Source: Octopus sinensis (Eukaryota). Taken from it: a DNA stretch of 64,000 bases. The notes beneath the pieces are model-generated. The model searched no databases, was not told where the DNA came from, and worked only from the letters and a program-made list of their open reading frames with translations. Location of the stretch: contig NC_043010.1 in NCBI RefSeq assembly GCF_006345805.1, forward strand, positions 31,062,001 to 31,126,000. Reading direction: 5' to 3'. This document shows, one piece after another, positions 50,896 through 63,629 of this stretch (its first letter is position 1; every line of letters starts with the position of its first letter). The translations under genes and the position numbers were made by a program.

Positions 50896-51239
50896 GTAGA
50901 AAGGATTATTACTACTATTATTAATATTTATGTTCACAAAATGTATTTCCCGTGTTGTAATGAAACAAGTGTAACTACAGGTGTATATATCATCATCATT
51001 TAAAGTCCGTTTTCCATGCTATAAGTACATATACATATATATATATATAACAGTACATACATATATAGGTATGTATACATACATATATGTTATTTATTAT
51101 TACTATCATCATCATTTAATGTCAGTATTTTTTTTATGCTGGCATGGGTCAGAGGGTTTGACCAGAGCTAGCAAGATGGGAGCTGCACCAGACTTCAGTC
51201 TGATTTGGCATGGTTTCTATGGCTGGATCCCCTTCTTTT

Positions 51240-52560
51240 GCTGCAGTCATGGTTATCTCCCACCTTACTGACAGCATCTTTGTACATGACCTGTGCAGCT
51301 TTCACCTGCTACTCGTTTGTCTATCTCTAGCCTTCTCAGAGCCCACCATATCACACAGTGGGGCACTCTATCAAAGGCTTTCTCTCGATCAATGAATGCC
51401 AAGAATAATGGTTTATTCTTAGCTAAGTACTTCTCTTGCATTTGCCTATGAAAATAGCATCAGTAGTATTTCTTTCCTGGACAAAGCCAAACTGTATTTC
51501 ATCTAGCCTAATTCTGCTCCTAATTAATCAGGTTATAACTCTCTTCGTAATTTTCATCACTTGTTCCAGGAGTTTTATGCCTCTATAAATGTTTCTATTT
51601 AAAGCATCACCCTACCCTTGATGCTGCTATTCCAGTCACTTCTTCTTGAATGACTTGATTAATCATGTGGGTGACTAGCTCATATCTTACCTTACCAGAT
51701 ATTTTGAGCATTTCAGCTGTGATTCCCAATGGACCAGGGGTTTTCCTGGTTTTCATGTTTTTAATTGTGTTATCAACCATACTGCTGTCCACTAGGATAG
51801 CTGGGCCCTCTGTTGGGTTCACATGAGGGAGATTCCCTTCATCCTGTTCATTCTCTACATTCTTGCATAGTAACTTTTCCATGTCTCTTTCTTGTCCACA
51901 TCACTAAGTGCAAGCATACCATTATCCATCTGCACACACTTCTTTCCTACAATATCTCAGTTCTTACTGACACACTGTCTAGCTATCTGCAACAATTCAA
52001 ATCTCTGAGCATCATGCTATAGGACTTCGGAAAACCTCTTGTTTTCTGCTTCTACCCTAGCTAGATAGACCTGACATCTAGCCTCTCTTTTAGCCCTCTG
52101 ACAGGATTCCTTGCTACCACCCCCTCTTTTCCATTCATTCCAGACCCATTTCTCTTTTATGACTCTTGGTCTGGCAGAGGCTTTGCTTCAACAATGAAAT
52201 TGGTCTGTTGCCCTTAGCAGATTGTCCTGTAGGAACTTCCATTTGTCCTCTACGTCATGTGTCTCCTTCTCATCCATTTATTCTCTACATCATATGTCCC
52301 CTTCTACATCTTTCCCTTCTTCTCATCATAGGCCTCATTGAGAACATTTCTAAATTGAGTTTCCACAGCCTCCTTTTCTATACTGGCTTGTGTCTCTGGA
52401 TCTTTCTGGTCTTAAGTCTGAACAGTCACTAATGACTAGCTTATGTTGAGTTGTACATTCTTCCTCTGGGAAAGATTTTGCATTTACAAGCATATATCTA
52501 TCCCTGTGTCTTGTGAGGATGTAGTCAATTTGTGCATTAATAAGGTAAAGGTCATTTATA
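51240..52560 (-). mobile_element. Decayed RTE LINE: endonuclease end through start of RT
   Basis: AQIDYILTR..NAKSFPEEECTTQHKLV; IKNMKTRKTPGPLGITAEMLKISG; IDREKAFDRVPHCVIWWALRRL. Confidence 0.85.
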
Positions 52561-52683
52561 ACTAAATGTAAAGAAGTAATATTTTCCAAAATAAAAATTT
52601 GAATGAAATAAATAACTGAAAATATATTTTTATTGATTTAATTGTTTTTTTTTTTGGGGGGGGTTACATCTTTACTTTCTGTT

Positions 52684-53409
52684 TTATTCTGTTTGTTCTT
52701 GTTCGTCTTTCTGGCCTTCATCTTCCTTTTCATGCTTAACAAGATGTCTTTTCAGTGAATAATGATAAACGTAATATTTTGGACATTTTGTACATTGAAA
52801 TTTTTTATTTTCACTGTGAGTTTGAGAGTGAGAGTTTAAACTGGCTCTCTGTACGAACTGTTTATTACAGACTTTGCACTGATACGGTTTCTCTCTGACA
52901 TGTAACTTTGCATGTGTGGCCAGGTTTGATGCTTCACTGAAAGATTTTGGACATATTTCACACTGAAATGATTTCTCTGCATGCATCTCGATATGTTGAT
53001 TGAGTGTGGATTTTTTTGAGAATTTCTTCTGACATATTCCACATTGGTATAACTTCTTCCCAGGATGTTCTCCGAGATGTGTTTTCAGATTGGTCCTGAT
53101 GCTAATAGGTAATTTGCATATATTGCAACGAAACTGTTTACCCCTTGTGCGCTTTTTCATGTGATGCCTCAGTTTTGAATGTTCCATGAGAAATTTGCCA
53201 CATATATTGCAACGAAATTTCTTTCTTTTCGTTTGAGTCTTGGTAGATTGTTCTCTCAGGGTGGGAGTTTTACTGGAACATTTGTGGCAAACATCACATT
53301 TTATGGGTCTCTTTTTGTGTTGTAATTTCAGATGGTTTCTCAGCCCTGAAATATAACAGTAAGTTTTCGGACATTTCTCACACTGAAACAGTTTATCAGT
53401 GGAGATCAT
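52684..53409 (-). CDS. C2H2 zinc-finger protein, 241 aa, 8 finger positions of which 6 are intact (ZNF-D)
   Basis: Intact ORF. Finger 2 lacks both His, finger 3 lacks the last His, and the C-terminal tail is acidic (EKEDEGQKDEQEQTE). Acceptor gtttgttatttctaccAG at 53441-53440 has in-frame stops before the ATG. Confidence 0.92.
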   Translation of the reverse strand: MISTDKLFQCEKCPKTYCYISGLRNHLKLQHKKRPIKCDVCHKCSSKTPTLREQSTKTQTKRKKFRCNICGKFLMEHSKLRHHMKKRTRGKQFRCNICKLPISIRTNLKTHLGEHPGKKLYQCGICQKKFSKKSTLNQHIEMHAEKSFQCEICPKSFSEASNLATHAKLHVREKPYQCKVCNKQFVQRASLNSHSQTHSENKKFQCTKCPKYYVYHYSLKRHLVKHEKEDEGQKDEQEQTE

Positions 53410-53935
53410 AGCTAAATCCTATTGTGTACAGGTAATTCACTGGTAGAAATAACAAACTTCAATGTAGTCAATATGTTCAAGATTATTCTAATTCTGTGAG
53501 TGTATCACGTAAAGAAAATATGTAAATAAACTGTATAACAGACCTCAATAACAATTGATGACAATTTTTTTTTTGTCAATAGGGTTTACTTAAGATCATC
53601 TGTATTTTCAAAAGGTTATTTCAAAGACTTCCAGAGAAGTGATTGGTAAATGGCTTTAATTAATTGTTGCATATACTTGGTGTTGTTATTGCTGTCTTTT
53701 CATATATGTGCTTTTTCTTTTCTTATTTTGAAATCCTGAAATAGAACAAAATTCTCTGTGTAATATACATACATTACATGCACACAGGTGTAGGTGTGTG
53801 TGTGTGTGTGTGTATAGAGAGAGAGGGGGTGCTCAAACGTTCTTGGCTTTAAGAGGTATCATGAGAGGTATGGCTGAAGGCCCAACTTCCCAAGATCTTT
53901 TACAAAGATTAGAAAAACTGAAGGACCACTGCAAT

Positions 53936-54160
53936 CATCATCATCATTGTTTAACGTCCGTTCTCCATGCTAGCATGGGTTGGACGGTTTGACCGGGGAT
54001 CTGGGAAGCCAGAAGGCTGCACCAGGCTCCAGTCTTATCTGGCAGTGTTTCTACAGCTGGATGCCCTTCCTAATGCCAACCACTCCGTGAGTGTAGTGGG
54101 TGCTTTTTACGTGCCACCTGCACAGGTGCCAGGCACTGCTGGCACCGGCCACGGTCGGAT
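53936..54160 (-). mobile_element. Family B repeat
   Basis: (cat)n gtttaacgtccg..ccatgctagcatgggttggacgg, the reverse complement of 37240-37445. Confidence 0.8.
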
Positions 54161-54429
54161 TGTGTGTGAATTAACTGATCCTCTTGTATTTTACCCAAAG
54201 CCAGGAACTTTTCAGCATCCCCATACATTATACACACACACAATTATATATAATAAAATGTTATAGTTTGCTTGAAGCATTGTATAAATATATATATGTA
54301 ACACTGAAAGAGATCGAAGGCTAAACAATGCAAAATAGACTGTAAGATGAGGTAACAAAAATTAAGAGTAAGTTACCTGGTAATCTTTGTTTTGTTTTTT
54401 TATTGTTGTTGCTGTTGTTCTTTTATCTG

Positions 54430-55380
54430 TCCAAGAAAGCAGCCAGCAGAGACCTGTTTGTGCATTATAGATCAGCCCTTCCCCTTGGTGCTAAAACTGG
54501 TTACATAAGAAATGAACTTTCATGTATCCAGAATAAATGTAGCAAGACAGAGGACCAGATCACTCACACTGCACACTTCATAGATGTACTGAAGATGAAC
54601 AGAAACCCAACATCCACAATGAATCGAACTGAAGGCAACACGGGCATAAGACCTCTAACACCTGCTTCATGAAATTACCATATTTCAGCGAAAGCATAAC
54701 AACAGCTATCAGCAAAGGACTGGACAAACAGTTAGCACACTCCGGCCCTTCTGTGCATGAATACCTGTCTAAAAAGCAATCCAGAGACAACAACAATGCT
54801 CGCTGACTAGCCTTATCTGTGATAACGGTATGTGCCAGTGGACACATGTGGCATACTAGATTGAATGCAACAAATGTAAGGAGTTCTACATTGACAGCAT
54901 GACTCGAACACTCCACACTTGAATTAAAGAACATCTCAACACACGCACATCCTCATTCAAAAAACACATTGACAAATGTAGAAACATCAACCAACATATT
55001 ACCATTACCATAAAAGCCAGTAATAGAAATGTGGGCAACTTAAGAATTAAGGAAGCCTTGCTCATACATAGACTCAGCCCACAAATAAATAATAGATTAG
55101 AACTTAGCAATCAGTACATGACATAAAAGATACACCCACAGGCACACAAACTAAACATCTCATACAAAGAAGAAAGTTAATTTCACGAAATACTATAGTA
55201 GTAATTGATGTCATTTATGTGGAAAGTGAAATAACCATCAAAAACGCTTGAAAACAACTTAAGAAAAATTTTAATCAAAATCAAAATTTTATCCCAAAGA
55301 GAGGAAATTGGAACATTATCCAAAGAAAGTTCTTTAAACCCTGATGAAGAGACTTTTAGGTTCCAAAATATTGGACAGAT
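54430..55380 (+). mobile_element. Second Penelope-like remnant (different family), GIY-YIG plus 3' tail
   Basis: FVHYRSALP..KTGYIRNE; VAY*IECNKCKEFYIDSMTRTLH..IKEHLN; LRIKEALLIHRLSPQINNRLEL. Confidence 0.75.
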
Positions 55381-55756
55381 TGTAGGATCAGTTACCCCAC
55401 TTGACAGCAGGTTTAAACAAACTGGCACTAGATGGCGTTAGAGTGTGAGATTCTGGCATGAGCCCTTACCACTACCACTTTCTGCATCGAGACATGAGAC
55501 TGTGAAGATGTAACCTAACTGGTTCTCTGACAACACATGCCAGCTACCAGACAGAAGCTAGGAGAAGACCATGGCCTCCATGCATCAAACTATTTCCATT
55601 TATCATTCTGTTTGTATATATATGTGTGACCACATTAAAGGTATTTAAAGTCATAGCCTTATTTTATATATTCTTTGTACCGGGTTTCCTGTCAAATGAG
55701 ATTACGGCCTTCTGAGTAGAGTCACATTAGATGGAATACAACCTATCCATCTAAAA

Positions 55757-55772
55757 TGGGGACCCCCGATGT
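55757..55772 (+). promoter_or_regulatory. Primer-binding site, tRNA-Trp-like
   Basis: tggggacccccgatgt resembles TGGTGACCCCGACGT, the complement of the tRNA-Trp 3' end. Confidence 0.65.
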
Positions 55773-57107
55773 TCCAGACCACTAAACTAACTAAAATGGT
55801 GACACAATGCAGCACACACCACAATTCCTTCTAAAATGATGAACCCCAGATAAATTCTGACCAGTGAATACGTATTTCTCTTTCTCCTTCACAACTTCAT
55901 TCACGCAACCAGACTACCATTCATCATATAGGAACATACCACTGATGCCTCTCGCTGCCATATTGTCTTCTTCACCAGAAAATTTTGGCACCATTTTCAA
56001 GCAGGAAACTGCAAATCATTTTCCCTTGGGTTGTAACCAAATTTACAACTTGGTCCTTTGCAGACACAGCATCCTAGGGGAATAGTCTTCTTGCTTATAT
56101 ATAAAAAAAAAGAAGAAAAGAAAATTATCCAGAATTTTTCTCCAGAATCCACGTGGACAACAATATTTTTCCTACATGCCAGGTATGAGTTTCTTTCTCT
56201 CAACTACCTGGATTATCCACATGTTGTTCTTTATTCGTTGGCAAGGACTTCTCTTATTTTCATCCTCTACTACTAAAAAAAATTTCCTAGTTTGCTGCTT
56301 TCAACCAGCTTGTTCTTCGTGGCTTTCCGTTCCTATTATCACGCAAGATGAGTTATTTTCCTTTGCCTCAATATCACGGAGATGCTAAGATGTGCTTTTC
56401 ACAACTGGAGTCATTCTTCATTTCTTCTAATATTCAGTCAGCCCAGAGCAAACTCCACATCACTCTTACAGGCATTCCTTCTCCCCTCGCACTTTCAGTT
56501 CAAGATACGATAACAGGAAAGCCATTGGATATGACATGCGAACCCTTCGAAGCTGAAGTTCTCCAGCATAACTCTCGGTTGAAAGTAAATTTTGCACTCT
56601 TGCAGGATGAGCATCTCAAGGACCGAACCCCTACCCAGTTTTTGTGATGAATCCGAGGTGTCTGATAGCTCATATGAGGGACAAGCATTTATCAACAGCT
56701 ATTTTTCTCAAGGATGCCTTCTAATTTCCAGTCGATTTTAGCTCTATGATGGAACATATGACCCTTGAACAACTCACCGCCTCCGCAGACAGGATTATGG
56801 AATTTTCTGGCACACGATCATTCATCAATAACGCTGTTGCTTCTTCGTCCTTCTCTCAAGTTTCTACTATTTCTGCTTCAGACAACACATAATCTTCCAA
56901 AATCTTACGGGCCATTGGAGGACTGACCCATCAGGTTTCATGCATGTGCAGGAACCGTTCGTCTTCAAGGGATTATTCTGCAGGGAGGACCAGGTGTCAC
57001 TCCCGCTCACATGCATGTGCACCTCCTGCTCCATCAATCTGCTGTTACCACAGGAAATTCAAGGACCAGGCCAGGAAATGTACACAGCCCTGCTCTTACT
57101 CCTCACA

Positions 57108-57117
57108 GGGAAACTAG
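57108..57117 (+). promoter_or_regulatory. -1 ribosomal frameshift slippery site G GGA AAC followed by the gag stop TAG
   Basis: The gag frame ends QGN*. The -1 frame continues GKLARW... into the FMVDTGA protease. A ccag-gtggtg-ctgg hairpin follows. Confidence 0.75.
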
Positions 57118-59502
57118 CCAGGTGGTGCTGGGAAAGTCAGTCATCTCCCCCATTGATTCACCTTACCGTTCATTTTTTATCAGATACCAATTCTTCAAAG
57201 TCTTTTATGGTGGATACAGGTGCCAGCTTAAGTATCTGGCCTCAAAGGTTTACCTCCACTAATCCTGGTCTTTCCGACATCTCTCTCTATGCGGTGAAGC
57301 ACTCCATCAAAACCTATGGACAGATCTCTCTTACACTGGATTTATCAGTCAGTAGGGATTTCAAGTGGATCTTTGTCATTGTGGGCCTGCCCTATTCCAT
57401 TCTTGGTGCTAATTTCTTACACCACTATTCTCTCATCTTGGACGTTAGAAGATGCCGACTCATTGATGATACATCTTCACTCTCCGTCTCCAGAAAGGAT
57501 TTTTCTGTCCCTGTTGTGAGCCTTTCTTCGTGGCTGCTTCGGGTGACTCCTACCAACAGTTACTTGCTTTGTTTCCAGAGTTGACTGATTTGTTATTTCA
57601 TCTGTTGAATCCAGCCCATTCCATGAGACATTTCATCACAACCCAGGAACCTCCAGCTTTTTCCTGATCGCACAGTTTGTTTCCAGAGAAACTCCAGATT
57701 GCCCAGCCTGAATTCGAGCACATGCTCCAGCTGAGCCTCATTCATCCTCCATGAGCCTGTGGGCAGCACCTTTACACATGACCAGAAAGAATGACACTGA
57801 TTTCTGACCGGTTGGATATTTTAGACACCTTAACACAGTCACTGTCGCAGTTCACTATCCCTTTCCAAATGTGCAGGACTTTTCCATCTGCCCTGCAAGG
57901 CTGTAAGATTTTTTTCTAAAATTGACTTGGTATGCACATACCATCAAATCTCTGTCAACCCTGATGACATTCCAAAGACAGTTTTCACCATGCCTTTTGG
58001 AGCAATTGAATTCTTGTCTATGCTGTTTGGACTTCGTAGTCTGGCCCACACGTTCCAAAGGTTCATCGATGAGGTCGTTTGTAGGTTAGATTTTGTCTTC
58101 ACGTATGTCGAAGGCCTTTTAATCACCAGTGATACTCCAACACTCAACTCAGCTGTTCAAGCACCTACATTCCTATAATGTGAAGATCAACCCGACTAAG
58201 TGTGTATTCGGTTCTATCAGTTTGGAATTCTTGGGGCATCTCATTAACATCGACAGTATTTGTCCACTTCCCTCTAAAGTGGAAGATATCAAACGTTTGT
58301 CTCCTCCTGTTTCCTTAAAACAGCTGAGAAATTTTATTGGTTTAATTAATTATTATCATTGTTTCATTCCTGTGTGGAGAAGTTACTTCTCTTGACCCAG
58401 CTCTTGAAAGATCAGCGCAAAAAAGACTCCCAGATAACACTGTCTACTACAGCCATCCAAGCTTTTGAATCTGTCAAATCTGACCTTGCTCAAGCATCCT
58501 TCCTTGCTCATCCTGTTGTGGATGCGAAATTATCGCTGAAAAATGCCGAATTGAGATACAATGTGTTTGGTAAAGAACTCTTAGCAATTTACCTGATGGT
58601 TAAGGATTTCTCTTATCTTCTCAAATGTTGAGATTTCGTGATTTTCACCAACCACAAACAACTAACAAACACAGACACAGACAGCTCTCTTTGCCAAAAA
58701 GGACTGGTACTCACCCAGAGAAACAAAGCATTTGGACTACACATCACAGTTCACTAGTGACATTCGCCATATCACTGGCACTGACAACATCCCTCCTGAT
58801 GCTTTATTTCGCCTGCCTATCGGTGCATTGTCGTCTCTTGCTTCGATTGATTTGGTTGCTATGGGCACTGACCAACCCTCCTTGGACTCCCTGGATGTCT
58901 CTTCACCACAGTTTTCTTGCTGCAAGTTTCAACACCTGCCTCTGCCTTTTTCTGAAGGAACTATTCTCTGCGATATTTCATTCCTGAAAATTACCTTTGT
59001 GCTGTTTTTGAAGTACTGCATTCACTGTCACACCTCGGCATTGCAGTCACAGTAAAGCTTATCTTGGTCTGCTTTTTCTGGCCAAATATGCATCAGTCTA
59101 TTACTGCTTGGTCACGTCCCTGTCTACCATGTCAGCGTTCGAAGGTGCATCATCACGTGAAAGCACCTCTTGGACATTTCCAGCCACAAGACACCAGGTT
59201 CTGTCATATATACATCGACCTGGTTGGTCTTTGGCCAGTCAGTTGCAAATTTACTTATATATTGACCTGCATCGACCGTTTCTCCAGATGGCCTGAAGCC
59301 ATCCCTCTTTAAATTATGCAAAAATGAAAATAACACTGACATCTCATTTTAACAGATATATTTACCAACATTACATAAAAAATATCTTGAAATACTAGAA
59401 TAAATTTATTCAATAAAATCGCCATTGGCTTCAACCACAGCCTCCAGATGACTTCGGAATCTCCTGCAACACTTTGAGATCAATGTATGGCCCATTATTG
59501 AC

Positions 59503-59903
59503 CAGGAGTGGCTGTGTGGTAAGTAGCTTGTTTACCAACCACATGGTTCCGGGTTCAGTCCCACTGCGTGGCACCTTGGGCAAGTGTCTTCTATATAGCC
59601 TCGGGCCGACCAAAGCCTTGTGAGTGGATTTGGTAGACGGAAACTGAAAGAAGCCCGTCGTATATATGTATATATATATATGTGTGCATGTATGTTTGTG
59701 TGTATGTGTTTGTCCCCCTAGCATTGCTTGACAACTGATGCGGGTGTGTTTATGTCCCCGCCACTTAGCGGTTCGGCAAAAGAGACCGATAGAATAAGTA
59801 CTGGGCTTACAAAGAATAAGTCCCGGGGTCGAGTTGGTCGATTAAAGGCGGTGCTCCAGCATGGCCGCAGTCAAATGACCGAAACAAGTAAAAGAGTAAA
59901 GAG
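59503..59903 (+). mobile_element. SINE-like family A, near full length and little diverged
   Basis: Near-identical to 7487-7860, with CpGs retained. Confidence 0.85.
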
Positions 59904-60017
59904 TATTTGTAGAAAATGAGCATATGAGCTGATGTGCACCTATTTAAAGGTAAACAAGCAAACTGTGAACATATACTTGCTACACTATAATGACTACTGG
60001 AAACAGCTGTATATCGA

Positions 60018-60371
60018 ATTTACTACAATAAAGAAAAATATGTAATAACCATTATTTATGCCTTGTCTCTCACACACACACACATATATATACAGGGTGT
60101 GATGGGTAAACTGTCACCATTTTATATTTTTATTTTTGCGCATGTGCATTGTTTGTTTTTGATTTTATCAACTACACAGTATAGTATGATCAGTTGGGTA
60201 CCCAAGGTATGAGGATGACCCTATCTTCCTTTCCTCATTTCCTCTCACCCTTCCTGTTCCAGTCAAGCCTCTTGACCGTTGACATCACAGCCCTTTCCTT
60301 CGGGTTCATCTCATCCCCACATTTACTACAATAAAGAAAAATATTTAATGACCATTATTTATGCCTTGTCT
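60018..60371. repeat. 51-bp direct repeat (60018-60068, 60321-60371) enclosing a Tc1/mariner-like end
   Basis: atttactacaataaagaaaaatat(g/t)taat(a/g)accattatttatgccttgtct occurs twice, with ta|cagggtgtgatgggtaaa inside. Confidence 0.8.
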
Positions 60372-60460
60372 TGTATATTACCCTGTGTAAAAATCAGTAT
60401 AACTAGAGCACCACCATGGATTTACAATATAGAATGGTGATGAATCACAATGTTGGCAGA

Positions 60461-61225
60461 GGTAAAGAATACGCACACCAAGTGTTTTTGGCATAACCTT
60501 AACCCTAACTGAAAATGGGTGGTGTGTGTATTCTTTACCAGTATTATTTGATTCTTCTCCCGCACGATTTTCACTAAAAAAACAACAAAAAAATTTCACT
60601 TATTCATTTCAGACTTCTTTGAATTTTCAATCTAATGTAATCCACACTCATTGAAAACGTATTTCTGCAAAATGTTATCTAAAATTATGGGTAAAGAAAG
60701 AAATAGCAAAAATTATTTGAAAATGGGGGTGGTGGTGAAATTTCCGAGGGTTTCACCCCACCCCACCCCGTTTTACGGACCCCAAAAAAAGGTTTGTAGC
60801 ATATTAGGAGGTCACTGGAATACAGTCAACGAAAAAAAAATTCCCAATGAACAAAAATAAGGAGTTTGCAGCATATTAGGCGGTCAGGGTACTTGATTCC
60901 ATACAAAAAATCCGAGGTTTTTTTTTTCTTAGTGAAAATCGTGCGGGTGAAATTTCCGAGACTTCCACCTCACCCCATCCCATTTTCCGGACGCAAAAGA
61001 GTTTTGTAACGTATTAGGTCACCAGAATTCATTCAACGGAAAAAAAATTCCAATGATTCCGTGATATGGGGGGGGGGTCCTCCCCACACCTTTTTTTTTC
61101 CGAACGAAAATAAGAAGTTTGCAGCGTATTAGGAGGTCAGGGTACTTGATTCCACGCAAAACCCCCGAGTTTTTTTTTTTTTTTTTTTTTTTCATAATGA
61201 AAATCGTGCAGGTAAAGGATCAAAA
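60461..61225. mobile_element. Composite repeat with nested inverted repeats, CCCTAA motif and an internal ~210-250 bp tandem duplication
   Basis: 19-bp IR at 60461-60479/60521-60539. Perfect 19-bp IR at 60559-60577/60929-60947. gaaatttccgag...gtcagggtacttgattcc is duplicated (about 60738-60900 and 60949-61152). Confidence 0.7.
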
Positions 61226-62313
61226 TTTACCTTGTTACCTTCTTTCGAATTTAGATTAGATCTGAATTAAACGTTGGATTACATGGAATATATTGAAGTT
61301 ATTTCATCGCCGAAATTCCTGTTCTACTTTAAACAACAGTAACAAACGAATAGCAACGGCAGGAGCAAATTGCAATACACAAAAGAAAAATAATTAAGAG
61401 GAAATAACATTGAGGATAAATTAATAATAAACTACCAAATGCCTCACGAAAGGTGAAGAATTAATATCAGCAAGATTATTTTTCTTAATAACCAAGTCCC
61501 TTATATAAAAAATAGAAAAGAAAAAAAGGACGTTACCAATACAATTGAACCTTAATTTCTTGGGTAACAACAATCCGTATGAGGAAAAATGAAACAATGA
61601 AAGCTTACGGCCTGATTGAGAATTTATTTTACATAAGATTGTTTCACTTTCACTACAAAAAGTGAAGTGATGCATAAACTATAAGATCGCCTAAATAGGT
61701 TTATTACTGCACAGATCTCAGAAGAATGAATGACATGACAAAATTTAATCTCACAAAAAGAAAAAAAAAAAAATTACGATAGAATTTGAATTCAGAACGC
61801 AGAGGAACGAGACCATCTAAATGTCTGGATTTTCTGTTTGTTTATTCAGCCATCTATAAAGTAATTTTACAAACCTCCCAGGATCTACTAAATTCAGATT
61901 TGAATCGGGTAACTTATACCTGAATCTATTACATATTCTTGACAGCAAAGTTCTAATAATTCTTTTTCGGCCTGAAATTTGTGGGGAATGGGCTGGTCAA
62001 TTACATCGACCCCATTTCTCAGTTGATGGTTATTTTATCGTCCTTGTAAAGATGAAAAGCAGAATTTTAATGTAAAGCTGCAAGAAAACTACTAAGCATT
62101 TTGTCCTGTGTGCTAACGATTCTACCAGCTCGCCGCCTTGGAAAGTCGCAATGTTAAAAAGTCCATCCCAGAAACAACGAAACGCTTGAAACAGATTCGA
62201 ATCCACACACTCGGAGATAATGGTGCCCTATCATATCCACTGGGCTATTTCGTCTCTAGTGTACTTGATAAATGCTATATTTCATTGGAGGATATTATCA
62301 CATTAAAAATGTT

Positions 62314-62709
62314 GGATTTTTTCGGTTTGAACGGCAGTTTTTTCTAGCGGTGTCATATGAAATTGTCACCCATAATTATGACCCTAGTATCGATCTATTG
62401 CATTTCAATCTGGGTTAGGGTTAGGGTGGGGGGAAGGGTATCTTTTTTCTTCACAAATGTAAATAAACCCAATCTGTTTTTCATACGGCACAGAATGTTT
62501 TTTTTTTTACCTCAATGGACGTCATCGATTGGTTGAAATTGCAGAAATTGTAGAAAAAAAAACAACAAATATCTTACAAACTATAGAATTTTCTCAATAA
62601 AACCAAGAGAAAAAATGTTTCATAAACACATTCTACCAGTATACGAAGTTTAAATTGTTTAGTTACCTAGAAATTATGTTAAAAACTGCCATTCAAACCG
62701 AAAAGATCC
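62314..62709. mobile_element. MITE, 396 bp, ~30-bp TIRs, internal GGGTTAGGGTTAGGG
   Basis: ggattttttcggtttgaacggcagttttt vs aaaaactgccattcaaaccgaaaagatcc. Flanks are TT and AA. Confidence 0.8.
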
Positions 62710-63262
62710 AAAATGTTTTCAAGAACCACTCAACTGAATTCAATGGCCTCAACCAAAACTTAAAACCCTTATTGTGTCGCATACTCTATGGCTGCCATTG
62801 ACCGACGAAGATTAATGGTGCTAAAAACAATTGATCCAACTTCTGTCCTTGATAGATGTATCATAATACGTCATGAGATCAAACCCTAGTGTAAACAACA
62901 TGCGATAGTTTTAAGCAAGACATTCAGGTTAGCTTCCCCATTGGTTACAAGAAGTGAAAGTACAATATATAACAATTCTTATTGCATCGATTTTGTGATA
63001 CCTTAATTTACAACTTTATGTGACGTATTTCCAACCAAATTGATTTTAGCCGAAATTTAACCAATATCTACTATTTATTCACACACAAATAGACATCTGT
63101 CGGAAAGTGGTATTGTTTTCAATACCACTATAAGGATTAGGATCAATTTCTTTTTTTTTTTATCATTCTAAGAACTGAAGACTAAATTACAAGAGTCTGG
63201 ACATGAAGATGAAATAAGCCTTCTAGGGCGAAATAAATTGATGAAATGACGATTTATACAAA

Positions 63263-63271
63263 ACTTACCTG
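63263..63271 (-). promoter_or_regulatory. Consensus splice donor CAG|GTAAGT, probable 5' exon of a leftward gene (possibly ZNF-D)
   Basis: Plus-strand acttacctg is a perfect donor on the minus strand, within a CpG-containing region. Confidence 0.5.
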
Positions 63272-63546
63272 AGAGGAGAACTGGTCAGCTTCCAAATTCA
63301 ACGCTAAATAGTCTCACAAACTCCGAAGAAGAAAAAGAAACGGCGTCGACGGTTGAAAACTTTACAGTTAATGACAATGGAACACCACAAGTGCAACAAA
63401 TAGTTGACAGGGCTTTTAACGAAGTTTGGGTTTCAAATGAAATCATTATTAAATCGGGCGTTTTAACTCCATTTTTTTTTGTTGGCACATTATTTTTTCA
63501 ATTTGGAAATTGTAGGTTTGGATGTATGTGTGTGTAATAAAAATGC

Positions 63547-63548
<2 letters not shown>

Positions 63549-63623
<75 letters not shown>
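63549..63623. repeat. (TA)n microsatellite
   Basis: Direct reading. Confidence 0.95.
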
Positions 63624-63625
<2 letters not shown>

Positions 63626-63629
63626 TACA

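Larger units (their letters stand above)
55381..59310 (+). mobile_element. Decayed Ty3/Gypsy LTR retrotransposon, CsRn1-like, 3'-truncated in integrase
   Basis: Gag (FSQLESFF..; CHCC motif CCYHRKFKDQARKCTQPC), protease FMVDTGA, RT (FSKIDL..YHQI; PFG..EF; YxDD decayed to YVEG), RNase H (KELLAIY), integrase (FWPNM; CLPCQRSK; IDLVG; IDRFSRWPEAIPL). The putative 5' LTR starts TGTAGG at 55381. No 3' LTR was found. Confidence 0.92.

Noticed and set aside
55341-55375. Third hammerhead (CTGATGA...) in the second Penelope tail
   Set aside because: GAAA reads AAAA, stem II does not pair well, and there is no clear stem I or III. At most a dead relic.
56051-56060. Alternative PBS tggtcctttg (tRNA-Tyr-like)
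   Set aside because: The match is short. The Trp-like site at 55757 is longer and fits the CHCC Gag clade.
63250-63490. Protein-like open frames on both strands
   Set aside because: The plus frame has no ATG or acceptor. The minus ORF stops before the donor. No recognisable domain.
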